Below the pieces are notes generated by a model. That model was given only the letters and a program-made list of their open reading frames with translations. It was not told the DNA's origin and did no database searches. Shown here piece after piece: positions 12,301 through 25,068 of a stretch of DNA of 39,238 nt (the stretch's first letter is position 1; each line of letters starts with the position of its first letter). A program made the position numbers and the translations under genes. Source of the DNA: Tubiluchus corallicola (lineage: Eukaryota > Animalia > Priapulida); NCBI GenBank assembly GCA_030141605.1, contig JAQGDQ010001471.1, forward strand, positions 1-39,238, read 5' to 3'.

Positions 12301-15300
12301 AAACATTGAAGTCATGTTGAGCTAGCTTAGTACGAGAGAGTCAGTTTGTCCAGCTAGCCTAGTGCCAGAGAGTCGGTTTGGGAAATACAAATTGACGAGC
12401 CACCTCCTGATTGGACATTACCGACTCTTTGCTACTCCTTAGCGACTCTTTCCCACGAGTTTGCTGCATAAAAGGGCGTGATTTTGAGCATGATTTTAGC
12501 TGCTTATTTGCTCATTTATTGCACTGTTGTTTCATCTTGTTGACAAACAAGAATTTTCACGTGATTCTATTCTTAAATGATGCCGAGGCAGTCCAATCTG
12601 ACTCTCCGCAGTACAATGAGTCAGTCACGACTGAGTGACCTGATGATCCTTGCAGTTGAGGCTGAGAAAACAAAGAATATGTCTGTGGTTGAACTCTTCT
12701 GGAGTGATGTTCTGTGTCGATAGTACAAATTTTTAGTGCATTAATTCATGTATTCATGTTATGTTGTTGGCTTTGACTTGTGCTGCTGAATCATTTAAAA
12801 ATAACATTTAGTAATTATTAAAAATATTAAGTTAAAGGTACATATGTTTTGGTAGTTGTCTTTTTGCCGAATCTTTGGATTCCTGACAGCTAATAAATAC
12901 TTAATTAAATTTTAATTTAATTTTTAATTTTAATTAAGTTTCCGTTGCTATAGCTTTAAGTTAAATGCCAGTTGGGAATAAATAAATCGTTTTTCTTGCA
13001 CGCAAAATACTGTGTGGGAATTCAAAATTATACGTTTTTTAAACAGTTAAGTTCCGCCATTATATACAGTTGCCTGCTATTGAGTGGCACCTAACGTAGA
13101 TAAAAATGTTGCCTTTCACTTGTGTTGGACAGCCACTCAGCTGTCTGTTGGGCTCATCAGCTTAGGCTATTATTAGCATGCTAATGTAATTTTTGGCACC
13201 TAGATTTATATTCACAGAAAGTAGCAGAAGCCTGCATTGAGCATTACTGTCACTAGGTTTAGTGTTTCGTTTTTTAATGGTTTTATGGTAATCACTAAGA
13301 ATAATTGAAATACAAGCTCTTATTTGAAGCTGAAGACAGTGCAAAAATTAAAAGTGCACAACAAGAAATCAAAAGTGCATAGCAAAACGTCGAAAATGCA
13401 CATCGAGAAATCAAAAATCCACAGCGCAAAATCAAAGGTGTTCAACAAAAGATGATAGCACAACATATTACCTTGCGTATGTAGAATAATGCAGACCCTT
13501 CTAATGTTAATAATACTGCTGGAGCGTGTGTAGCTTGAAGAAAACGTAAATTGTCTTGGGAGTAGAAAAATACCTAGAATTCTATTTATCAAACTTTTCT
13601 TCATAAACACAACTTTTTAACGTTTTGCTAAGTTTCTAATAATAAAAATAGTCCTGATGATGACAGCTGACTGGTTTATTCACTGTTTTCTAAGTTAATT
13701 AATAAATGATCTTTGAATGAACAAATGGTGACTTACCGTATATATGTATGTACAAGTCGAATTTTTGACAGGCGATTTTGAGGTGAAATTTTTGGGGTCG
13801 ACTCATACTTAAGATATCCCCTTTTTTGGGATATGTTGCTAAAGAGTCGTCTGCAATACGAATATGTAAAGAAATAATCCTTCATTATATGCTGGACTGA
13901 ATGAGCACTCATGCTGTGATACTTCACATCAGAGAATGTTTGCATCTAGACATTACTTCACAAAATTAACAAATATTACTGTAATTTATTTTAATGTATG
14001 TGAAATTCAGTTAAAATTTATATATTACCAGTTAATAAACTAGCGACAGAGCACTCGGTCAGAACTTAGAAACCGCCAATGTTGTGCAGGTGCTGCCACC
14101 TGACGGCTTCCACGGGAACTTTTACACTGGCCTTGTATATGCATATTTTATTGGCAAAATATGAATACCAGCATACACGTATGTATAAAACACAAGTACG
14201 CAGTGGTATTAATTTTAGTAAATTATTTTTACTTCAAATTTGAAGGTGATGAACCACATCATTTACTCTGGAAGATCTTAATATTTTAGGGTCAACTTGT
14301 GCACAGGTAATATATAACATGATGCAGTTTTTGGTCTTAAAATGCACATCCACTTGTACATAAGTACATACAGTATAAACATTAGTAGGACCACCCTATT
14401 CTACAAAAGTTGAAATTCTGCACTTTTGATTTTTCCCTGTGCGCTCTTGATTTTTCACTATGCACTTTTGATTTTTCTCTGTGCACTTTTGGGCTTGAAA
14501 ATGTGTAGACCGTTTTTGATTTTGCAACCTTGAAAGAACTGCCAGATTGTTAATGTGAGCTAAGCAAATGCTTCTTACCAAAGCAATTGAGAAGCGTGCA
14601 AATACCTTAAAAAGTTTAGCAGTCACTGAAATGTGCGAAACAGTGAAACAGCCACAACAAAATCATTAATCATCTGCAAAAACAGTATTTTGCAGACGAA
14701 CATAGAGCGCTGATAAGCGAGACAGTTCCTAAGTTGAACCTAAGCCATCCCTCCACGTCGACTAGCATTAGCAATAGGAACACTGAGCAATAAATTTAAG
14801 GAATAGCAACATTAAAAGTAAATTTTGTCTCATACGAATAAAAACCATATCGTAGTTGGATAGAAATTTTAAAACATTGTCCGTTTCACAGTTGCTACTG
14901 ATACCCTGATTATTCCATGTTGAGATTCTAATGCGATTCACACGCCATCCAATATTTATAAATGGAAATGTGAGCCCTTAAATTTTGCCATTGTATGAGT
15001 GTCAGTTTTTCTATTTTTGTGCATCACTTTATTTAGAAAAATACATTTTAATTCGTTACTAATTTGTTTAATGGAGATGATGCTGATGATAGTGGTGACA
15101 TCAACAGCGACAGTCGTCATCAGTGTAAAATGAAACTTGAAATATGTTTAAAATCTTTTTGTTTGATGTACAATTTCATTGCTGTTTGAGATCAATGAAT
15201 AATGGAAATATTAGCCAATGCCATTGACACAGCAGTTGCTGGCATTTCCATCACCACCAATGTTACTGCAGTTGGCAGCATTGATATTTCCATTACCATT

Positions 15301-18300
15301 AACGTCTAACATATTGTCAATCATTTTCGTTGACTGCCCAACCTAGAGAGCGTAATTAACGAAGGTACTTTCTGGACATTTAGTTATAGCTGCGTCTAAT
15401 ACTGTTATGAAAAATGCTGTACTTTTCATTAGTTAGCGGGAGGAATATTGGCCTGGCTCGAGGTTTTATTATTGTCAATTGAAATTGTAAGTGAATTAGT
15501 GGAAATATATAGTCTAGTTTCGTTTATAAAAAGAAATGCATATCACTTATGTCTGTTGCTAATTAAATCTTTTCGCAATCAAGAAAATGCACAGGTTAGT
15601 TTAGTTGATGGCTTTGCAACTTTGACAAAAACAACTATTTGTTTAACTTTAAATAAGGGTAAAACAAAATGTTTTCTTTTTTGGCCAGTTTTTATAAACT
15701 TTAATGAGATCTGCACAGTCAAAATTAATTCAAATGTGGTCAAAGCTGACTAGACATTAGTTGTGACTGTCATGATATTTAATTTAGTTTAGTTTAGCTT
15801 AGAAAGTTGTTGTCCAGTGTGAGCTTTTGTCCTGAATGCTGCCGAGTGTGCTTACGTTACAGTGGGGGTGCAGCGATAGACCAATATGTTTGACGTCAAT
15901 TGCATTTGCTGGCCTTGCGATTGCCATCATCGTCATTTTAGTCACTGGCATTGTTTATTCATTGCAGTTACTACCATTGATGTTACTAACTGCTATCATT
16001 GCAGTTGTCAACATCGCTATTGTAGTTGCAGCTGTTGCTATTGTCACAGTTTTAGTTGCAGTGTTGTATATCATTTGGAAGGAATTCAATTTTCCAATTA
16101 CCAAAATGAAATGGTGTCACCTGTCAGGTTTAATTTAGTTTCTAAAAATTTTGTTGTTTTTCAGGTATTTCAAACGTCCGGGTTGGTGACTGCCGTGATT
16201 CTAATTATTTTGATGAACTTGCTTGTCCAACTAAACAATGCACCACCCATGATGATTGTTCAAAATTGGAAAAATGTTGCACGTTTAAAAATTGCGGTAC
16301 CATTTGTTTTAAGGTTGCAAAAGGTATTCGCATATTTCCTTTTTTTATATTTTGATTTTTTCAGTTTTATTTATTATATATGACAAAGTGGAGAGTGTTT
16401 TACTTGATTATTATCTTTTACCCTCAACTCAGGTTCAGAACCTCTATAGACTTTTTATACTAGTGTGCAAAAAAGTAACAATATTTAAAGAAAGTATGGT
16501 GCACAAGCAGTGGATTCTTACTTTTATGCAGGTTAATGTTGCCATTATAAATTGTCTTCTAATAAAAGTCCAGCGATCATGCATTGTCTTGTTTTGAAGT
16601 TTATTACAAACCTGTAGGTGGCATACTCATTAATTTCGTAAAATTTATTGAAAGCACATGTGTTGGTACTTTCGAAAGATTTGAAAATTTTTCATCAAAA
16701 GTTCATGAATTATCGCTGTCTGCTGTATTAGTAATAAAAAAATTGACTACTGTCAGCAATTGACATATTTTAATTTTGCATGGTAATTCTTCGAACAGAC
16801 ATGATAAGCACTTTGCACCAGTTGCGCAAATTCACGTTTTGCGTCCTTCACCTCCTCATCCCCTACATTGAAGCCTGCTCTGGCTTAATTTGATTATTAT
16901 TCTGTTTTTGCTTTTATAAACCGTGTTTTTATCCTGAAATTTAATCAGTGTGAATTGCTGTCACCACGATGAAGCCAAGTCATCATTTCATGCTGGGAGG
17001 CACCAATGATCCATAATGTATATTGTATTTTTAAATTTGCGAGATCACATTTTCACGACACTTCATATGCTATTCGTTTGCGTTGGTGCCCATGATTACA
17101 ATGATTTTATGTTCTACGCAACTAGCCTACTAGTTGTTAAGTGGTGCAAACTCATAACTTTGACAAACATCTGTTTTCATGCTTACATGTTGTTCGCCCA
17201 AACATAACTAGTTTACGTCTTAAACACGTGCATTTAGGTAAATCACCCTTTAATGGGCTATAAGCAAATAATTTACAATAGATGATTCATCTTCTTGTAC
17301 TTGTTTTTAGTTAGAGCAGCACTGAAGGAAAAATATGACCAGATGACAAGCTGCAGTTAAAAATGTGGTCAATCGTTTATAAAATGAATAAAGCCGAAGA
17401 AGGCACTGCAAGCTTAGATTAGCATACTGTATAACAGAATTAGCAGTTTAGTTAAAAATATCCAATTTATTACAATTCTGTAAAAAAATATAGAAAACTG
17501 TGCATGACGAAAGATCTAGTCACAACAAAATTTAGTGTTGCTGCTGCATTTCAACTAAAATCGCATCATAGTACTACATTTATTGAGCACTACCTTGATG
17601 TTTTTTAGAATAAGCACATGTGAAATGCGTAGTTTAGTTATTTATACTAACCACCAACTCGAAAAAAATAAACCGGATCAGTTAATGGCCAAATTAAGAT
17701 CACAAATGCCTTCAGTGCTGCTTTTAAGAATAATAGAAAACTAAATTTCAGTTTATTTTTTCACAAGAAGGTTTGTATTTTTTGCTAACAGTAAGCATTC
17801 AAACTTGTTGGATGTAATTCCGAATGTCTAGCTACTGATTTGTCATAGTCTATTAGTCAGTGTTAATTTTAACTGTTTATACAAATGCAGATGACTAATC
17901 AGTTAATGGATCTTTCTTCTGTGAGCAAAATAAGAGCACTGCTGGTATTTTTGTTAAATCACTCTCAAATCCTGTTCATGCCATGAATACGTTGCTACAA
18001 TCAGCCATTGCTGAACTGTGCTCTGTCAAGGCTAATGCCAAGGAACTAAAAACTGTGGAGCAAAAAAATGACATCAATACTGTCATGCTTTTAGAATTTT
18101 GCAAGCATGAAGTGAAGCTGTGAAGAGTTTCTAAATGGATTGTGAACTTATGAGTGAGACAAGATCATAATTTCAGCACTTAGTAAGATGAAAGTAATTT
18201 TTTGTGAGAGTGATGCTTATACAACAACTGCATTATTTAGAAACTTTAGAAGGGAACTCATGTGCTGAAAATTCTACAATCTTTGGTGTCTTTGCAATAA

Positions 18301-21300
18301 TTGAGATTCAGCAGCAGAACCCGAGTAAGTGCCATGGCGTTTTTGCAGATTGATTTAGAAGAGAGTGTATGTGTTTAGCAAAACATTCAGCCAATGGACC
18401 AAATACAGTCTATAAAGGTATTGTAGAACGAAACAGCTCGCATTGAGTTGAAAAGATTGATAAGAAGCTTGAGGAAGCATGAGATTACTTTAAAATGATG
18501 CATATAAATAAAGGACCAACACCTAGGTAGCCCTACGATATAAACAGACTGCCTGGTGCTGAAAGCGATGAACAATGGAATCCCTAGAATCAGAGTCACA
18601 AAGTTAAATATGATGCTTACCATCCCTGCATATTTGTAGAAAGTTATCATGTTTTATGTGCAGAGGTGAGGCTTAAAGCACTTTATCTTTCAATATTATT
18701 GGCAGAGTTGTGAAACTTGAATCAGATTGTCTGCCAATTTATATTTCAGTACACGACATTGTGTACTTATGTGAGACAAAAACAGCTTACTATTTTCCAG
18801 CCAATGGACTTAAATGCCTTCATTGAAGCATCTTTCCAGTTGATGAAAAAAGGTGTCGTTTACTCCATTTTTTAAGATTCATTTTCGGCCTTATGTTCTC
18901 AGTAACAAGAGGTTTAAATGACCAAGTGATTCAGAATGCAGTCTTTGCCCAATTGTGCAGTGTGTTAGATTGCACCTAAAGACTCACTTTAGTTTGACTG
19001 TACGTTGTTTGCTGTAATTTGAGAAATATGTTTGGCATACACAAATTTTTTATGATCTGACATTTTGATGCAAGAATGCTATAACAACTTGATTTATATT
19101 AATCCCAGTGACTATCGTAATCAAAACAATCTTCTACATTCAATAAACGTGTTAATACAGGATTTTTTGTTTTTTTCAAACACAAAATTCTGACTTTATG
19201 TTAAATATAGATTATTTTAAAAATACTCAGGGTGTACAGATAGTAAAACTGTGTGCTAGGTTTAACCATGTCCCCATCAACCATTTAAAGAATTCTAAGA
19301 TAGATTACTCGTTATACTTTTGCAAAAAATATGTGTTTTGTAGATTGTTTGGCACTTTTGCATGATCTCCTGATTTTTAGAAGAAGTATGCTGTCAGGGT
19401 TCCCATGAACATTATGTTATCTTGCCTCACACGTATAGAAGGCCTGTTAACAGTATATTTATAAACCTGAAACAGAGCTGTTATTGAATCAAATGTCAGC
19501 AGCCATAGCTGATTGCATGTATTATTGTCAATTATATGTGTAAATGCTCCCTCACCCAGAGTTCCCTGCTCTAGAATTTACAATTTTGCAAAGGAACTAT
19601 CGTGAACACACTTACAAATGCTGGAGATGCTACTCAAATAGAATGACTAAAACGATTTGCCAGTTGCTTGAAGGGTCTCAAAAATATTCCACACGAACTG
19701 ATGTGAACTTAGGCTTACTTACTTGAAAGACACGTAACTCGAAACGAAAATTCTTAGTAACTAAAGTGTTTTTGTGCTAACTGGCAGTTGTGTTACACAC
19801 TCACCTTTCCAGTGTGCTCCACTTACTCGCCAGAAATTTGACTGTAATCTAATTGACAAGGTACGGCAATTTATACTTTTGCTTAGTTACAGAAGTGTGC
19901 ATTAGGAATGCTCTGGTTAGTTAGTCAAGTTTTATCCAGTGTTATCTACAAAATTTTCAAACGACCTACTGTCAATATGGCTGCAGCTAATGGTCATCGT
20001 GGGAGCCTAAATTTTCAAGTTTTATGCAGTGTTCCCTTTGTCACCTTTACAAACAGTGATTAACTTAGCATTATTATAGAACTTGCCTGTGGAAAGGTAT
20101 TTTCGGGACCTTGGCACTATGGCTGGTGACTTTCGCAAAACTGTTTTGAACATTTGAGAACCTATACATTTTTCTGAGTCATCAAGGAGGAGAACATACT
20201 TGTGACTATCTACACAAGTCTATCAGTTTACAAGATGTTCACAAGATATAAACATATCACAGCTGCAAGCCTTCACATTGGATGTCATAATCTCCGCATT
20301 GAGACTGGATAGTATAGACTTTTTAGAGAACAACGCTTGTGGTGATGTCCACAGTGAATTACATGTTATTTTTAGCTGTGCAATTAATTGGAAAATTGAA
20401 GATAAATTAGTCAACTTAATTGTAATTTATTGTCTAATTTAATAGAAATGCAAACATCATAAAAAATTACAAGCTTTTGTTATGTTATCTTAGCAATCAT
20501 ATAATTAGAAATTATAATAAATTTAGGATGAATATTATTAAATTTAAATCATGCTGCAAGTTAAGTAATCTTTAAATTATTGCTTTACAATATTTTTTAG
20601 GTAACCGTAAAGCCCTGTCTATCTTTACAACTTAGTTTACTGCTATTGTTATTTTGTTAGAATGGCGATGTGCACAATATGTTCTAATTTTGACACATTT
20701 TTGTTATTTTGGACTTCATTGGAACTTTTTTGTAAGTTCTCATGCTTGTACATTTCACTTCATATTGTCAATAGAAGTACTACTGCTATTATGATAGCCA
20801 CACTGACATTCAGTTGGTGCAAAATCTTGCTAAGTGTATAGATAAACTGAGATGCTGACACTTTCCCTAAAATTTTTTTTGTGATAAAAATGTACTAGAC
20901 ATATAATTTTCAGCTTTATACACTTTTCTTCATTTGCGTCTTAATTATAGGCTGTGCTAATTTGCATCTTATTCACGAGTACTACTCATTTCAGCTTGCA
21001 AAGTCGAGTTGTCATGGGTCAACAGACAGGTCGGAATAATCGGAGTTTTTAAGCCACGTTGCACAGCTTCTGGTGATTACCAGCCATTCCAGAGTTGGGC
21101 CAGTACAGGATATTCGTGGTGTGTTGACAAGCATGGTTATGAAATTAGTGGAACAAGGGTTAGGCCTGGTGAAATTGCTAAATGTGCAGAAGGTATGAGC
21201 TTTTGTAACTAACTTTAGAAGTTTTCTTTTTTGTTTTACGTAAATACTATAGATATATCTGCCATACTTTGTAGTCCTCATACATAATATTCGGGCAGCA

Positions 21301-24300
21301 GAGTAAGAATTTTTAGCTGAATCGTGTTTAGCATTTAACAATCAATTATTATAGATTTTATTTGAAAAGTCTTAAAAGTATTCAGGTGATGGCATTTTGT
21401 CATCCTGGATTAAAATATGCACGCTTTTCTTCAAAATGGCTGTCAATTCATTTATATATAAATTGCCTTATATGCAAAGTTTATATATGTATGTATTTTT
21501 TCTGAGTTGTGTGCAGGCTTTCGCTAACAATGCTTAAGTAAGTCACTCATTAGGATTTTAATTCTTAGTGCACGGTGTGCAGAATATGCAACTTCATGTC
21601 ACAATTTTGTTCAGGGACTTTGTTTCCATTCAGTTTTCAGAAACATAGCATGAGGGCTGACAAGAAAAATGTGATAAAATCTGCCAGTGGTTCAAATAAT
21701 ATGCACAGGGCTGTGTGCATAGTTTAACTTTTTCCCAACTTGTACAAACATTTACCCAATATGTGTGATGGGTAAAAGCAAAGCCTTCTTAACAAAACTT
21801 TCAGTGGAGTTTGGGAAAGAAATGACCAACATACAAGCATATCATATAAAAGCAAAATAAGTTCTGTTGTTTTCTTTGTTTTCAATTTTTTCAATAAACT
21901 GTTCGCATCCTAATGGATTTTGCCTTGCACTTGTATTGGACACCCACCCAGCAAAAGATGATCTACCTTGCTGCACTCTTTAACTCATGCTATTATTAGC
22001 ATACTAAGGTAGTTTTTATTGCACCTGGGCATGTTATTCACACAATATAATCACAACTATTGTAAACTTTTCTGTACAAAATGTTTGCTACATCTTAACA
22101 AATTTGAAAACCAAATGTAGTCACACCCCTGATGGCTTGCTGAGCGTTTTGTTTTCTAAACTTGCTCATAACATAGCGACTTCTTTCTTTGAGCGTGATA
22201 GTTGAAATATCTTTTCATTTCCTTACTCTGCCTATGGTTTGGTTAACCGCAGATATGATCCCTGACTTGCCAGACCCCTGTAATTATTGACCAATTTTAT
22301 TAACTTATGATGCTTGCAAAGCAATGGAAAATTGCACTAAAAATGAATTGTTTCATTACTTTTTAACATGTAAACTTATCACAAAAGCACAGCACGATTG
22401 TTAAAGATAAATCCACTTGTACTGACCTGTTAGAATGTAGAAATAAATGGGAATAATTTCTTAGACAGAGGGAAAAACGTTGATGTCACATATATGGACC
22501 TTGCTAAATCTTTTGTTTGTGTTGTACACAATAAGTTATGATGTAAGTTAGTTGCATATAGTATTTCTGGTGATTTGTTGGAATGTGTTTCTGCATGTTT
22601 GTCTAATCGTGGCCAGCATGTCTGTGTAGGTTTTAATACGAAAGAATTGTTTCGAGCACAGCCCAGAACTAAATATTAGGACAAATATATTTTTACTGTA
22701 TATAAATGATTTCCCTAACAATTTGAACTCGGTCTTTGTTAAGTTGTACGTTAATGATGTTAAACTTTTTGTAACTGATGGTAATCAAAGTCTTAGTCAT
22801 GCTTTGGACATTCTTGCACAATGGGCCAACAAATGGCAGCTCCTAAGTGTGTACTCATTCACATATGACACAGTAATCACCATTTTTATTATGTATGAAA
22901 CGTCACGCTTTAATCAGTAAATACTAATTGTAGAAACTTGGGTGTTACCATAAGTTCAGACCTAAAATTTTCAATTTACTGTACTGAACAGGTATCCAAT
23001 GCATTTACATTTAAAGCAAACAATATGATTTTTTTGCTTTGTTACTAAAAACATTGGCGCTTTTTAACATTGTATAAGTTATTTATTCAACCTTTGTTAG
23101 AATACTACACCCTGTATGGAATATTACACTCATCATTTTACTATGATTGATAAAATTGAGTGCGTACAAAGATATGTACAAAACGGTTATAAGTTAACTG
23201 TTTTAGTAAATTTGACCATCTGAAACTACAGGCTTTTGAAACTAGACGTTTTATTTTTGATATGAAAAGAGTGTGCAAGCATTTTTGCTCTTTACAGATT
23301 AAAAGATTTCCTTAAAAAATGTTTCAATCTGTAAATTACAACAATCTGCACATGTTTGAATGCAGTTTTAGCAAAATATCATGTTTAAAAACTGTTTCTG
23401 ATATTGATGAGAGCAGTCTGTCCCGAATAAATGTTCCCCTTACTATAAAGATTGTCCAGTGAAAGCCCATAAGTACTCTTATTATCGAGTTAGCAAAAAT
23501 GCCTTATAGCAAATGAAATTAATGGCCATATGCATTTCACAATTAGGTGCATTATGAACCGCTAAAAATGGGCTGGCGATGGACCTAATGCATGTTATGA
23601 TTACAGAGCCCATAGGTTAGCATACATTCCTTTTCGTGGTGGTTTTTTCTCCTCGTGGCTTATGCTGTACGGGCTGTGTCCAGCCTTATGTGACACAGGA
23701 CTTACAAATCACTCTCGCTAGCCAGTAGCAAATGTACTAACCCTTTGAACACTTATTTAAGAAGTACGACATTTGGATGTAATATCACAATGAACCTTTT
23801 CTTTTGCTTAACTATTTTTATTTATTTAATAATTTTCTAATTATTAAATTGAATGGTATCAGCTTTGGTTTAGTTTGTCAAAATTTTTATGCTTTTTTTA
23901 GGCATATCACAGGTTCGGGTGGGTGAATGTCATGATTCTGATTATTTTGATGATCTTACTTGTCCAACCAAACAATGCGCATCCCATGATGAGTGTTCAG
24001 ATTTGGAAAAATGTTGCGAGTTTAAAAAATGTGGTGCAGTATGTTTTAAGGTTGCACAAGGTATTCACATATTTCATTTTTTATCTTTTGATTTTTTTTC
24101 AGTCTTAGTTATTACGTATGACAATGTGTGAACTAGTTGATGTGATGATTATTACCTGTGACCCTCAACTTCGGCTCAGGTCTTCATTTAGAGTTTTCTG
24201 TACTTGCGTGCAAAAAGGTACAACCACAGATAAAGAACATGTGGTGCACGTGACATATGCCATGTTAGTAACTCCAAAAGCTAGAATCACGAAAGTTGAG

Positions 24301-25035
24301 ACTTATAGAGAATGGTATTGGAACTGTGACATTGTAATGAGAAACTTATGGCAAATGGATTTGTCGTTCAAGTACTTTTACAGTATTAGATTGGAAGCCT
24401 ATATTTTTACACACCTTTATACCCAAGTAAAGGTAGACATGCACTTAGACAGGTAGAAAGTGGGCTTGGCCAGATCACATGACACAGGCAAATGTGTTAA
24501 TACAGGGTTTTATTAATAGTATTGAATGAAATGATTAAGATCAGCAAAATGTTTTCAGTTCCTGGTACAAATACTGACATATAGCCCACATCATCGTGTA
24601 GCCCCGTTCTTCCTCTTTCTAAAGAGCTACATATCTCCTTCCGAGAGTCACACCAGGCGCCGCTAGAACGTTTTTTGCGCAGGCTGTTTGGTCAAAATTT
24701 CGAAAAAATTGCGAGTTGGGTCAGGGAAAACGCCCGTTACGGGACACCATGGCCCTCTCGCGAATTCTAAATATGCCTACTACACCTACTGCTGAACAGG
24801 CTATCTATCCATAGTCAGCACCACCCTCGGCCTGTTCCAGTTCTTCAGAAATAAGAGGTATAAGTTCTGCAAAAAACGGCCGAAAAATTGCCATTTTTGG
24901 AGGTTTTTTGCCCCTTCCCCCCGGCGAGCCCGATTCGAAAAATAAACCCCCAATGAGACGACACTAGATCGAGACCTTTTGTTTGATGTATAGATCGCTG
25001 CAAATGGTGCCCTTGTCGAAGCTGTAGCCTCGAAT

Positions 25036-25068
<33 letters not shown>

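Larger units (their letters stand above)
10541..22360 (+). repeat. Copy 1 of a recent, near-identical tandem segmental duplication (period ~16.88 kb)
   Basis: Co-linear with 27421..39238 (offsets 16876-16881); only scattered substitutions and small indels, e.g. gccgaggcagtcc at ~12582 vs gccgatcc at ~29463; ORF track repeats almost verbatim. Confidence 0.97.

Noticed and set aside
13343-13440. CRISPR-like appearance of regularly spaced short repeats
   Set aside because: 21-bp degenerate tandem period without unique spacers, eukaryotic context, no cas genes
15836-16138. Hydrophobic 100-aa ORF resembling a membrane protein, and the overlapping Cys/His-rich 165-aa ORF (also 32712..33259)
   Set aside because: Low-complexity GTT/GCT/ATT triplet DNA; the 165-aa frame crosses the WAP exon out of frame; a similar degenerate tract lies at ~15080..15310
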